A stretch of 54,160 bases of DNA from Candidatus Kaiserbacteria bacterium (GTDB lineage: Bacteria; Patescibacteriota; Minisyncoccia; Phycocordibacterales; UBA2100): positions 1-54,160 of the forward strand of contig JACRFJ010000021.1 in NCBI GenBank assembly GCA_016217935.1, written 5' to 3'. A program made the position numbers and the translations under genes. Position 1 is the first letter of the stretch. The number at the start of each line of letters is the position of its first letter. This document shows positions 1 through 8,869 of the stretch, piece by piece. The notes beneath the pieces are model-generated. The model ran no database searches, was not told the origin of the DNA, and saw only the letters and a list, made by a program, of their open reading frames with translations.

Positions 1-993
1 ATTGACCCCAACGTGGGGGTCGTCGCGGTGCCCGACAATCGACTCACAAGACTCAGCGAAATGTCCCATTCGCAAAAGACCATTCCCGCTGCAGTAGAAT
101 TTGTTGATATCGCGGGGCTCGTGAAAGGTGCGTCGGAAGGGGAAGGGCTGGGCAATCAGTTTCTCTCACACATTCGTGAAGTCGATGCGATTGCGGAAGT
201 AGTACGCATGTTTGATGACGAGGATGTGCATCACGTAAGTGGGGAAGTGGATCCGCTTCGGGATATCGAGGTAATCGACCTTGAACTCGTGCTTGCCGAT
301 CTGCAGTCTGTAGAGAAACAGCTTGAACGAGCAGAACGAGATTCCAAAGGAGGAGACAAAGACATTATTGCGCAGCGTGATGTATTACAGAAAATCGTAC
401 CTGTTTTGCAAGCGGGTAAAGCAGCCAGGGCGGTGGAGCTCGACGAAAAAGAAAAGCCGGTGGCAAAAAAGTTGCAGCTGCTCACGATGAAACCAATAAT
501 GTACATCCTCAACAAAAAAAGTGGCAATCTCAACGTCGAAGCAGAGGGCGGAGAACGATGGCGCCAACTCAAAACGCATCTCGACTCCTCGAGTGCGGGG
601 TACGTCACTGTCGATGTCGGTGTAGAGCAAGAACTTTCGGACGTGCATGATGACGAACGAGAAGATTTCCGGCGAGAGCTCGGTGTTGCTGAAAATGGAG
701 TCGACGCACTCATCAAGGCTGGCTACACACTTCTCGATCTCATCTCATTCTTTACGACTGGAGAAAAAGAATCACGAGCGTGGACGGTGAAACGTGGCTC
801 GACTGCGCCAGAGGCGGGTGCGGCGATTCACAGCGATTTCCGCGATAAGTTTATCCGTGCGGAAGTGATCGCGTGGGACATACTTCTCGCTGCGGGATCA
901 TATGCCAAAGCGCGCGAACAGGGGATTCTGCGCACTGAAGGCAAGGAGTACATAGTGAACAATGGAGACGTAATGGAGTTCTTACATGGTTGA
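1..993 (+). CDS. ychF: Redox-regulated ATPase YchF (Obg family), 5' end outside the window
   Basis: Frame is open from base 1 ([12 protein letters not shown]). Motifs [21 protein letters not shown] and [22 protein letters not shown]-terminal EGKEYIV..GDVMEF. Confidence 0.97.
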   Translation: MDPNVGVVAVPDNRLTRLSEMSHSQKTIPAAVEFVDIAGLVKGASEGEGLGNQFLSHIREVDAIAEVVRMFDDEDVHHVSGEVDPLRDIEVIDLELVLADLQSVEKQLERAERDSKGGDKDIIAQRDVLQKIVPVLQAGKAARAVELDEKEKPVAKKLQLLTMKPIMYILNKKSGNLNVEAEGGERWRQLKTHLDSSSAGYVTVDVGVEQELSDVHDDEREDFRRELGVAENGVDALIKAGYTLLDLISFFTTGEKESRAWTVKRGSTAPEAGAAIHSDFRDKFIRAEVIAWDILLAAGSYAKAREQGILRTEGKEYIVNNGDVMEFLHG

Positions 994-1006
994 CCAAAGA
1001 GGCGAT

Positions 1007-1045
1007 GCCTGCCCCGTAGCCAACGCGTAGCGCTGTGGTACTGGG
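1007..1045. repeat. Short imperfect palindromic element interrupting a relic copy of the ychF 3' end
   Basis: gcctgCCCCGTAGCCA..TGGTACTGGG(G) has self-complementary arms. It lies between GGC GAT (1001-1006) and GTG ATG GAG TTC CTC CAC AGC TAG (1046-1069). Confidence 0.55.
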
Positions 1046-1065
1046 GTGATGGAGTTCCTCCACAG

Positions 1066-1353
1066 CTAGACCAGGTATCGGAAATATGCAGCCGAGAAGA
1101 CCGTGAGAAGTGTCATCGTCGCTGCGATACCGTTGCTTCCCATGATGAATCTGTCGCGCGTAAAGAATCCGTGTACAGAAAAACCAGCTTGGACGAAGAA
1201 TAAGATTTCGAGGAAGCCGAAAGAAAGTCCGGCTGTCTCTCCGGTCGCCCACACCTGTCGCAGCTGAGGAATTGTCATCAGCGGATTTACGATGCTAATC
1301 ACCCAAATGATGCGTGGCCAGTGGACTGTACTAGCGACGTCTTCCCGTGTCAT
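1066..1353 (-). CDS. SemiSWEET / PQ-loop family small transporter
   Basis: About 95 aa with three hydrophobic helices, a PQ motif (NPLMTIPQL), a GLS motif and N in the last helix (GSNGI). Start set at ATG 1353, with a -10-like CACAAT 6 nt upstream. Confidence 0.8.
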   Translation of the reverse strand: MTREDVASTVHWPRIIWVISIVNPLMTIPQLRQVWATGETAGLSFGFLEILFFVQAGFSVHGFFTRDRFIMGSNGIAATMTLLTVFSAAYFRYLV

Positions 1354-1415
1354 AGAGATATTGTGAAGCATTTTGACAGTAGCGCAATCTTTATCCTTGC
1401 GGCATATATGAAGAA

Positions 1416-1442
1416 CCTGAGCAAGGGTTCCCCTTGCTCAGG
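1416..1442. repeat. REP-like palindrome, copy 1
   Basis: CCTGAGCAAGGG-TTC-CCCTTGCTCAGG, the exact reverse complement of 2045-2071. Confidence 0.85.
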
Positions 1443-1464
1443 CGTTAAGCCTATTTTAGAAGAC

Positions 1465-1493
1465 TTGACGAGATGCACCGTGTATGCTATTAT
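1465..1493 (+). promoter_or_regulatory. Sigma-70 type promoter with extended -10
   Basis: TTGACG (1465-1470), 17-nt spacer ending in TGc, then TATTAT (1488-1493). Confidence 0.65.
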
Positions 1494-1575
1494 TTGATTG
1501 GTTGCGGTGGCTTCCGGGGGTAACCCCAATGGTCACTGGTGGCAAGCGCCACCAGCCTAAGCAAGGAAGTCTTCC

Positions 1576-1875
1576 ATGCAAATCAAGCGCAATGCCGCTG
1601 CCAACCGCAAGCACATTATAGTAATCGCGCGCCAAGAGAACCTTTCTGTAGATGAGCTTATCGCCGTTGCAGAAAGCCTAAACGCGTATACTTTCTTCGA
1701 AATACAATATTTCCGCTCTCTTCGAACTTCGTAACTCGATGAGAGCGTGAATGAAGTAGCGTTCCGCATTAAGCGCTACAACATTCAAATCGCGAATAAT
1801 GAAAAGAAACAAACCTTCACTCGCGAAGAATTGCTCATCGCGCTCTGCGAAGCGCAAGAAACACTTTGCCTGTAA
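1576..1875 (+). pseudogene. Small hypothetical gene (99 codons plus stop) with an internal in-frame TAA
   Basis: AAGGAAG precedes ATG 1576. Reads MQIKRNAAANRKH...RSLRTS, TAA at 1732-1734, then continues in frame LDESVNEVAFRIKR...QETLCL to TAA 1873-1875, followed directly by a terminator. Confidence 0.5.
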
Positions 1876-1884
1876 GGCACTAAC

Positions 1885-1917
1885 GCCCCGGATTCGCTCC
1901 GGGGCATCGTCTTTTTT
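1885..1917 (+). terminator. Intrinsic terminator
   Basis: GCCCCGGA-ttcgc-TCCGGGGC stem followed by atcgtcTTTTTT. Confidence 0.75.
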
Positions 1918-1971
1918 GCTCTTGAATCGTCGGGGAACCTTTACCCTGCAATTGCATCGCGAGTCCCGGCT

Positions 1972-2034
1972 TTACTCTGCTCCGAGCTGCGGCACTGTCA
2001 TCAGCGGATTTACGATGCTAATCACCCTGATGAT
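1972..2034 (-). pseudogene. Fragmentary second copy of the SemiSWEET gene
   Basis: 1996-2027 is identical over 32 bp to 1273-1304. The minus frame reads IIRVISIVNPLMTVPQLGAE*, against IIWVISIVNPLMTIPQLRQ in the intact gene. Confidence 0.75.
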
Positions 2035-2044
2035 CGAGCAAGAG

Positions 2045-2071
2045 CCTGAGCAAGGGGAACCCTTGCTCAGG
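2045..2071. repeat. REP-like palindrome, copy 2 (inverted relative to copy 1)
   Basis: CCTGAGCAAGGG-GAA-CCCTTGCTCAGG. Confidence 0.85.
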
Positions 2072-2111
2072 CGACAGTTAGATTTTTATGCTCTGATGTA
2101 TACTTATTGCT

Positions 2112-2387
2112 ATGGCCAGCAAGAAGGATAAACAAGTGGCAGCCAATAGTCGCGTATTAAAATTGTTGATGTCGATTGACGCACGTATTAGCAATATTGA
2201 AGAGCGATTATCGGACTTGGTGACAAAGGACAACGTGGACTACATGAGGAATAAGCTTGAAGAGAGGATAAGTGAAGTGCGACTTGAGGTCAGAGCACTC
2301 GGTCGTGCGGTTGGCAAAGATTCTCTTGCGGCGCTCGATTTTGAAAAACGCATCGCTAGAATTGAAAAGCGCCAGGCTGTACAATAG
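2112..2387 (+). CDS. Hypothetical coiled-coil protein
   Basis: 91 aa with a heptad pattern (IDARISNIEERLSDL..RIARIEKR). TATACT lies 7 nt before the ATG. Confidence 0.7.
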   Translation: MASKKDKQVAANSRVLKLLMSIDARISNIEERLSDLVTKDNVDYMRNKLEERISEVRLEVRALGRAVGKDSLAALDFEKRIARIEKRQAVQ

Positions 2388-2393
2388 TGAGAT

Positions 2394-3338
2394 ATGGACA
2401 AAGCAAAAGTAACGCCGAAAGATTTTGTACTCTGGGTTGGCGCGATGGCGGCGCTCTACACAGGTGTATTTGCCTTTATCTCGCTGCTTTTCGATTATAT
2501 CAATACCGCATTCCCGAATCCGATTGCGGATTCGTACTATTACGGATACGCGACTCCGTACTTCGGGAATATCAGCTACGAGACGGCGACACTCATCGTT
2601 CTTACGCCAGTATTTATGTTGCTTATGCGACTCATTCGTCGCGACATCGCCACGGATCCGTCGCGCAATGAAATCTGGGTGCGGCGCTGGGCGCTCTTCC
2701 TCACACTCTTCATTGCGGGAGCGACGATGGTGATCGACCTCATCGTGCTTCTCACCACATTCCTCCAAGGTGAAGATATGACGACTGGGTTCTTGCTCAA
2801 GGTTCTCGTCGTGCTGCTTGTAGCCGGAGCAGGATTCCTGCACTTCATCGCTGACATGCGCGGCTACTGGGATAGAAATCCCGAGCGAGCGCGCATGATC
2901 AATTGGGGAGTGGGGCTGCTCGTCGTCGTCACGATCGTCGCCGGATTCTTTATCATCGGCACACCGCAAGAACTCCGCCGCCTTAAGCAAGATGATCGTC
3001 GCGTGCAGGACTTGCAGCAGATTCAATGGCAGGTTGTCAATTACTGGCAGCAGAAGGAAATGTTGCCGACGAATCTCGAGCAACTCAAAGATCCGCTCAG
3101 TGGCGGAATTATCCCCGTGGATCCCAAGACGAAGCAGCCGTATACGTACAAACGAGAAGACGCGAAGTCTTTTGAACTATGTGCGACATTCGAGGCTGAA
3201 GGGAGTGCGTCAAATCCCAGTATTCCAAAGCCGGTAGATATGGGTATGAATGAAAACTGGCAGCATGGTATCGGGGAAGTGTGTTTCGACAGATCGATAG
3301 ATCCGGAGAGATACCCGCCCTATCCAAAAGGTAGATAA
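2394..3338 (+). CDS. Multi-pass membrane protein (DUF5671-like) with a pilin-like C-terminal domain
   Basis: Five TM segments, then DDRRVQDLQQIQ..YW..LP.NL..DPKT..Y.Y..FELCATF, a pattern typical of CPR proteins. Confidence 0.8.
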   Translation: MDKAKVTPKDFVLWVGAMAALYTGVFAFISLLFDYINTAFPNPIADSYYYGYATPYFGNISYETATLIVLTPVFMLLMRLIRRDIATDPSRNEIWVRRWALFLTLFIAGATMVIDLIVLLTTFLQGEDMTTGFLLKVLVVLLVAGAGFLHFIADMRGYWDRNPERARMINWGVGLLVVVTIVAGFFIIGTPQELRRLKQDDRRVQDLQQIQWQVVNYWQQKEMLPTNLEQLKDPLSGGIIPVDPKTKQPYTYKREDAKSFELCATFEAEGSASNPSIPKPVDMGMNENWQHGIGEVCFDRSIDPERYPPYPKGR

Positions 3339-3342
3339 CGAT

Positions 3343-3377
3343 TCCAATAAACCCCGTTTAAAGCGGGGTTTATTGGA
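3343..3377. terminator. Perfect inverted repeat, probable terminator
   Basis: TCCAATAAACCCCG, 7-nt loop, CGGGGTTTATTGGA. Confidence 0.7.
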
Positions 3378-3403
3378 CCTATAGGGTATGATACGTTGGA
3401 TCT

Positions 3404-6253
3404 ATGAAGGGCTACGACCATAAGAAAATTGAAAAGAAATGGCAAGAGTTTTGGGAAAGAAACAAGATCTATACAACACTTGATCAGGTTCCAGACAAGG
3501 ACAATTTCTTTCTTTTGGTCGAATTCCCGTATCCGTCGGGCAATCTCCACGTGGGACATTGGTATGCGTTTGCGGTACCCGATATTTTGGCACGCACGCT
3601 TCGAATGCAGGGCAAAAATGTCCTGTATCCGATCGGTTTCGATGCGTTCGGCCTTCCCGCAGAAAATGCGGCGATCAAAAATAAGCTCAATCCGAGGGAG
3701 TGGACGTACGGAAATATCGCGTACATGAAAAAACAAATTCGATCGATGGGGACATCGTTCGACTGGAGTCGGGAACTCGCTACCTGTGATCCGGAGTACT
3801 ACAAATGGACACAGTGGCTCTTCCTCCAGCTCCATAAAAAAGGATTGGTGTATCAGAAAGATACGGCGGTCAATTGGTGTCCGTCGTGCAAGACGGTCCT
3901 AGCCAATGAGCAGGTGATTGATGGCAAGTGTGAGCGCTGTGGTACCGAGGTGGTGCAGAAAATGATGCTCCAGTGGAACATCAAGATCACCGACTATGCG
4001 GATCGGCTGGTCGATGATCTCGATGAATTGGATTGGCCAGAGCAGATCAAGGAGTCTCAGCGCAATTGGATCGGACGAAGCGAAGGCGCCGAGATTGGTT
4101 TCGAGACCACGGAGAATGATACGATCACCGTTTTTACAACCAGAGCCGACACGCTCTTCGGTGCGATGTATCTGGTTCTCGCGCCCGAACATCCGTGGCT
4201 AGAATTGGCGTTGGAACATACGGGCATGTTGAAAAACGAGGATGAGATAGGGCGATATATCGCCCTATCTCAGAGGAAAACTGAGCTGGAGCGCATGACC
4301 GATCAAAGGGAAAAGACAGGCGTGCGACTCGAGGGAGTCGAAGCGATCAATCCCGCATCAGGCGAAAAGATGCCAATCTACGTCGCCGACTATGTGCTTG
4401 GCCACTACGGCACTGGCGCGATAATGGCGGTACCTGCGCACGATGAGCGCGACTATGAATTTGCGAAGAAATTCGATTTGGAGATCCGAGACGTTATCGA
4501 ACCGCTCATCATTCGACCAAGTGGCCGACTCGACTCATTTCGCCTAGACGAACCAGCGCAAGAGCGCACTGCGACGATGGCTTTGGTGCGTCATTGGTCG
4601 GAGGACAAATATATGTGTCTGCGCTGGATAAAAAACGATGTGCATGGATTTGTTACGGGTGGTATCGAGGATGGAGAGGATGCTATCGAAACGGCAAAAC
4701 GAGAGATAGAAGAGGAGACAGGCTACTCCTCAGCAGAATACGTTGAGTCGCTCGGAGGGAGGGTGCACGTCAAATTTTATGCAGCGGTAAAAAACGTGAA
4801 TCGTTTTGCGCACTTTACGCCTCTCCTATTTCGTCTTAAAGATGGTTCGCGCTCTGTAGTCGATGAGAGGGAGTCGAACCTCCACGAGCCTGTGTGGGTC
4901 GACGCCGATAAGGTTGCTGATTATCTCAATAGAGAAGATTTTCAATTGATATGGCGTCGTGTGCGGGGCGATCGCGCGTATACAGGCGGAGGAATATTGG
5001 TTAACTCAAATAGCTTTGATGGTTTGGATTCGGAGCGAGCGAGGGCAGAGATAACTGCAAAGTTTGGACGTCCCAAAAAGACCTACAAATTACGAGATTG
5101 GATTGTCTCGCGACAGCGGTACTGGGGAGTGCCGATTCCGATCGTTCACTGCAAAAAATGCGGCACCGTGCCAGTGTCGGACGATCAGCTGCCTGTCCTC
5201 TTGCCGGACATCGAGGATTATTTGCCATCCGGAGAAGGACGATCGCCGCTCGCGAAAGTTGACTCGTTTGTTAATGTGACGTGTCCAAAATGCGGCGGTG
5301 AAGGAAAGCGGGAGACAGATACACTCGATACGTTTGTTGATTCTTCCTGGTATTACCTCCGCTACACTGATCCAAAAAACGAGAAAGAGTTTGCGTCACA
5401 GGAAAAAATGGATGCGTGGATGCCAATAGACCTCTACTCTGGGGGAGCGGAACATACGACTATGCACGTACTCTACAGCCGCTTCTGGCAGAAGGCGCTT
5501 TTTGATATGGGACTTGTGAAAGACGCAGAGCCGTACACCCGACGCAAAAACCGTTCACTCATTCTCGGTCCAGATGGTCAAAAAATGAGTAAATCGAGGG
5601 GTAATGTGATTGACCCAGACGAGGTGGTGGAAAGGCTCGGAGCGGATACCGTACGCCTGTATTTGGCCTTTATAGGGCCGTATAACGAAGTTTCCAACTA
5701 TCCATGGAATCCGGATGGGGTAGTGGGGGTAAGGCGCTTTTTGGAGCGTGTAACGAGAACCTCAGAAATGGTTCAGGAAAAGGATGTGCAAGGGCTTCAG
5801 AGCATCCTGCACAAGACGATCAAAAAAGTGACAGACGATATCCCGCTTCTTAAATTTAATACCGCGATTAGCCAAATGATGACATTTCTAAACGCGATCG
5901 AAAAAGGAAAAACAATTGGAAGAGAACAATGGAAAGCGTTCGTTCGTATTCTCGCGCCGTTCGCGCCGCATCTCGCGGAAGAACTCTGGCGAGAAGGGGG
6001 CAACGAAAACTCAGTGCACGCCGAAGCGTGGCCGGCTTTTGATGAAAAATATTTACAGGACGAGACAGTAACCATTGCGATCCAAATTGATGGCAAAACT
6101 CGCGGCGAAGTCGCGATTCCGACGAACTCCGACAAGGATGCAACCGAGAAAGCGGCACACGGAGCGATCGCAGCGCGACTCGAGGGTAGGGAAGTGGTAC
6201 GTGTCGTTGTTGTACCCAAAAAACTCGTCAATTTCGTGCTCAAAAGTGACTAA
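3404..6253 (+). CDS. leuS: Leucine--tRNA ligase with an inserted Nudix hydrolase domain
   Basis: FPYPSGNLHVGH (HIGH), CP1 editing motifs TTRADT and GTGAIMAVPAHDERD, SRQRYWG, KMSKS. Nudix box GGIEDGEDAIETAKREIEEETGY at about 4658-4726. Confidence 0.97.
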   Translation: MKGYDHKKIEKKWQEFWERNKIYTTLDQVPDKDNFFLLVEFPYPSGNLHVGHWYAFAVPDILARTLRMQGKNVLYPIGFDAFGLPAENAAIKNKLNPREWTYGNIAYMKKQIRSMGTSFDWSRELATCDPEYYKWTQWLFLQLHKKGLVYQKDTAVNWCPSCKTVLANEQVIDGKCERCGTEVVQKMMLQWNIKITDYADRLVDDLDELDWPEQIKESQRNWIGRSEGAEIGFETTENDTITVFTTRADTLFGAMYLVLAPEHPWLELALEHTGMLKNEDEIGRYIALSQRKTELERMTDQREKTGVRLEGVEAINPASGEKMPIYVADYVLGHYGTGAIMAVPAHDERDYEFAKKFDLEIRDVIEPLIIRPSGRLDSFRLDEPAQERTATMALVRHWSEDKYMCLRWIKNDVHGFVTGGIEDGEDAIETAKREIEEETGYSSAEYVESLGGRVHVKFYAAVKNVNRFAHFTPLLFRLKDGSRSVVDERESNLHEPVWVDADKVADYLNREDFQLIWRRVRGDRAYTGGGILVNSNSFDGLDSERARAEITAKFGRPKKTYKLRDWIVSRQRYWGVPIPIVHCKKCGTVPVSDDQLPVLLPDIEDYLPSGEGRSPLAKVDSFVNVTCPKCGGEGKRETDTLDTFVDSSWYYLRYTDPKNEKEFASQEKMDAWMPIDLYSGGAEHTTMHVLYSRFWQKALFDMGLVKDAEPYTRRKNRSLILGPDGQKMSKSRGNVIDPDEVVERLGADTVRLYLAFIGPYNEVSNYPWNPDGVVGVRRFLERVTRTSEMVQEKDVQGLQSILHKTIKKVTDDIPLLKFNTAISQMMTFLNAIEKGKTIGREQWKAFVRILAPFAPHLAEELWREGGNENSVHAEAWPAFDEKYLQDETVTIAIQIDGKTRGEVAIPTNSDKDATEKAAHGAIAARLEGREVVRVVVVPKKLVNFVLKSD

Positions 6254-6319
6254 GTTAAAGTGGGGCAATAATATGGCTTCCCACTAACTCTTCGCATACG
6301 CGAGAAGATAATGTAACGA

Positions 6320-7852
6320 TCAACCTTTCCTGTGGACGCGCGCGCCCTCGGGGGAGTCGTCGACGCCAAAACCGAGCACCTCTAATTCATCGCGCAATGC
6401 ATCCGCTTCGATCCAGTTGCGATCGATCCGCGCTTTCTCGCGCCTCTCGAGTATAGAGAGAGCTTCGCTTGAAAGCTGCTCATCACTGAGATACACACGC
6501 GTCTCTTTCTGTGCGAGCGCCACGGCTTCTGTGTCAGGATGCGAGAGACTGAGACCAAGTACGCGATCGAAATCCAGAAGAGTTGCACGCAGGGTGCTGG
6601 GTTCGAGCTCGGCACTCCGAGTTTCCCACAGGACAGCAAGTGCGCCAGGCGTGTCGAGATCATCATTGATCCGCTCATGGAATTTCTTTTGCAAAGCAGG
6701 GTCAGGCTGCCCACCTTCGTCTTTGAGCGAGAGGACGGTGGCGAGTAATCTAGCGTATGCGTGCTGCGATGCGGCGAGCGCATCAAAGGAAAAGTTGAGT
6801 GGGGTCCGGTAGTGTGCACCGAGAAAGAGGTATCGAAGCGCGAGAGGGTGGAAGCCACGCTCTACGATGTCACTCATGTATATGACATTGCCTTCGGATT
6901 TTGCGATCTTGCCGCCCTCAATCTGTATATGTGCGCGATGGAGCCAAAAGCGCGAGAGCGGATGTTTCCCGACCGCGCTCTCCGACTGCGCAATTTCGTT
7001 GTTGTGGTGCACGGGGATGTGCTCGATACCGCCAGTGTGAATGTCAATCTGCTGGCCAAGTGTCGCACGGATCATCGCCGAGCATTCGATGTGCCAGCCT
7101 GGGAATCCCTTGCCCCAGGGCGAGTTCCAACCAATCTTTTTGTCCGCTTTCCAAAGCAAGAAATCCGTCGGACTTCGCTTTTCTTCTGTTTTCTTTACAC
7201 GTGCCCCGGCTTTCAGAGAAGCGATATCGATGTTGCCGAGCGCACCGTAGGAGGGGAATCGTGCTGTGTCGAAATACACACCATGTGCACCACGGTACGC
7301 ATAACCTTTTTCTTCCAGAGCCTTGATCATCGCGATCTGACCTGGAATATGCTCGCTTGCGCGAGGGAATTCGATACGCTCTGGATCGATGTTGAGTGCT
7401 CGCATATCTTCCAAAAAGATACGCGTGTATTTCTCAGCAAGCGTGCGCATGTTTTCGAGAGTGATCTCCATGCCTTCGCGCTTCAGACCTTTGGTCATCT
7501 TGTCCTCTCCCTCATCGGCGTCGGAGGCCAGGTGTCCGAAGTCAGTTATATTGATGACTTGCTTTACTGCATAATCGTTGTATTCAAGCGCGCGACGGAG
7601 CAGATCCGTAAAGACAAACATCGATACATTGCCGATGTGCTGTCTGCCGTAGACGGTTGGTCCGCAGTTGTACATGCGGACGGTGTGCGCATTTGAGGGG
7701 AGTGTGAATTCCTGCATCACATTGCCGAGCGTGTTGTGAAAGAAGAGCGGGAAATCGCCGCGACTCGTGCGAGCACGTCCTTCGACCCACGTCTGCGCAG
7801 AAGAAATACCTAAGTCACCAAAGAAACCGATGATTGTGTCTAAAAGGGACAT
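6320..7852 (-). CDS. cysS: Cysteine--tRNA ligase
   Basis: MYNCGPTVY..HIGN, SPWGKGFPGWHIECSAM, DIHTGG..H..HH.NE, and the KIAKS variant of KMSKS. Start set at ATG 7852, with TACAAT 6 nt upstream. Confidence 0.96.
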   Translation of the reverse strand: MSLLDTIIGFFGDLGISSAQTWVEGRARTSRGDFPLFFHNTLGNVMQEFTLPSNAHTVRMYNCGPTVYGRQHIGNVSMFVFTDLLRRALEYNDYAVKQVINITDFGHLASDADEGEDKMTKGLKREGMEITLENMRTLAEKYTRIFLEDMRALNIDPERIEFPRASEHIPGQIAMIKALEEKGYAYRGAHGVYFDTARFPSYGALGNIDIASLKAGARVKKTEEKRSPTDFLLWKADKKIGWNSPWGKGFPGWHIECSAMIRATLGQQIDIHTGGIEHIPVHHNNEIAQSESAVGKHPLSRFWLHRAHIQIEGGKIAKSEGNVIYMSDIVERGFHPLALRYLFLGAHYRTPLNFSFDALAASQHAYARLLATVLSLKDEGGQPDPALQKKFHERINDDLDTPGALAVLWETRSAELEPSTLRATLLDFDRVLGLSLSHPDTEAVALAQKETRVYLSDEQLSSEALSILERREKARIDRNWIEADALRDELEVLGFGVDDSPEGARVHRKG

Positions 7853-7894
7853 CAATCTATTGTATTCCATTGACTGGGGCCTACAAGCAGAGCT

Positions 7895-8806
7895 TTAGAG
7901 CCACTTCTTGCGTTTAAAGTACATGAGCATCGATATACCGGCGGTCAGCACGATGAATACGATGATCCAGAAATCGTATGGAAGTCCGATGATTGGATTG
8001 TACACAGCATTGATATCGAAGATCGAGACGAAGAGGGAGAGCGGGAAGGTGAGCAGTGCCATGATGGTGAGCACACGCATGGTTTCGTTTTGCTTGGTCG
8101 AAAGAAGTGACTTGTTTGTTTCGCGTAGCTCGTGGAGAAACTCTGTGCGGCGACTCACGTGATTGTGGACTCTGTAGTAATCGTTGGAGAGCGCACGCAA
8201 GAAGGGCATAAAATCGCTGCCAAAAAAAGTAGTACCCGTTGATTCAAAGTCGCGCAGAACATCGCGATGCGGCTCGATCGTTTGACGAAGGTTGAGCAGA
8301 TCGCGTGCAACCCGCGAAATCGACTCGACCATTGCTACCTCGTGACCCGAGAAAATGCTCTCCTCCATAACTGCGAGTTGCCGTGAGATGTAATCGATCT
8401 CATGATCGACTGCCTTGTAGAGTTTTTTGAGCATAGAGAAGAAAATGTAGCCCGCATGATCGCCAAACGCGTTTTCGTCGAGTGTCGAATTCACCTCGAA
8501 CACCTTCGAGAATTTATGCATCGGATCGATCGTATCGTAATGTGTCGTGAGGATGAAATTACGACCAATTACAAAATCGATCTCTTGTTCGCGCGAAGTG
8601 TGCGTGTGACGCAGCGCTGGGAAGTGGAGGACGAGGTAGATGTATCGCTCTCGCATTTCGGTATGTGGTTTGGTGGAGGGTGAGAGGAGCTCTTCTGCGA
8701 CGAAGTGGTCCAAATCAAATTCGGCCGCGACCGCAGCGACTTCTTGCTGTGTCGGGGACTCGAGATCAACCCATACGAGTCCATGATGCTCGTAGCGAGA
8801 ATGCAT
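7895..8806 (-). CDS. corA: CorA/ZntB family divalent cation transporter
   Basis: WVDLESPT, NETMRVLTI, two C-terminal TM helices and FKRKKWL. The signature loop reads DIN instead of GMN. Confidence 0.88.
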   Translation of the reverse strand: MHSRYEHHGLVWVDLESPTQQEVAAVAAEFDLDHFVAEELLSPSTKPHTEMRERYIYLVLHFPALRHTHTSREQEIDFVIGRNFILTTHYDTIDPMHKFSKVFEVNSTLDENAFGDHAGYIFFSMLKKLYKAVDHEIDYISRQLAVMEESIFSGHEVAMVESISRVARDLLNLRQTIEPHRDVLRDFESTGTTFFGSDFMPFLRALSNDYYRVHNHVSRRTEFLHELRETNKSLLSTKQNETMRVLTIMALLTFPLSLFVSIFDINAVYNPIIGLPYDFWIIVFIVLTAGISMLMYFKRKKWL

Positions 8807-8869
8807 ACCGAAATTATACAGCACCGAACGATTTACGCGCCCCGCTCGCTATGAGATACTGTTGCAATC

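Noticed and set aside
1043-1075. Fluoride riboswitch-like GGTGATGGAGTTC
   Set aside because: The downstream pseudoknot partner (..ATGACTCC) is absent. The sequence is better explained as a relic ychF tail.
4500-4975. Intein in leuS
   Set aside because: There are no C/S...HN splice termini or LAGLIDADG motifs. The insert carries a Nudix box.
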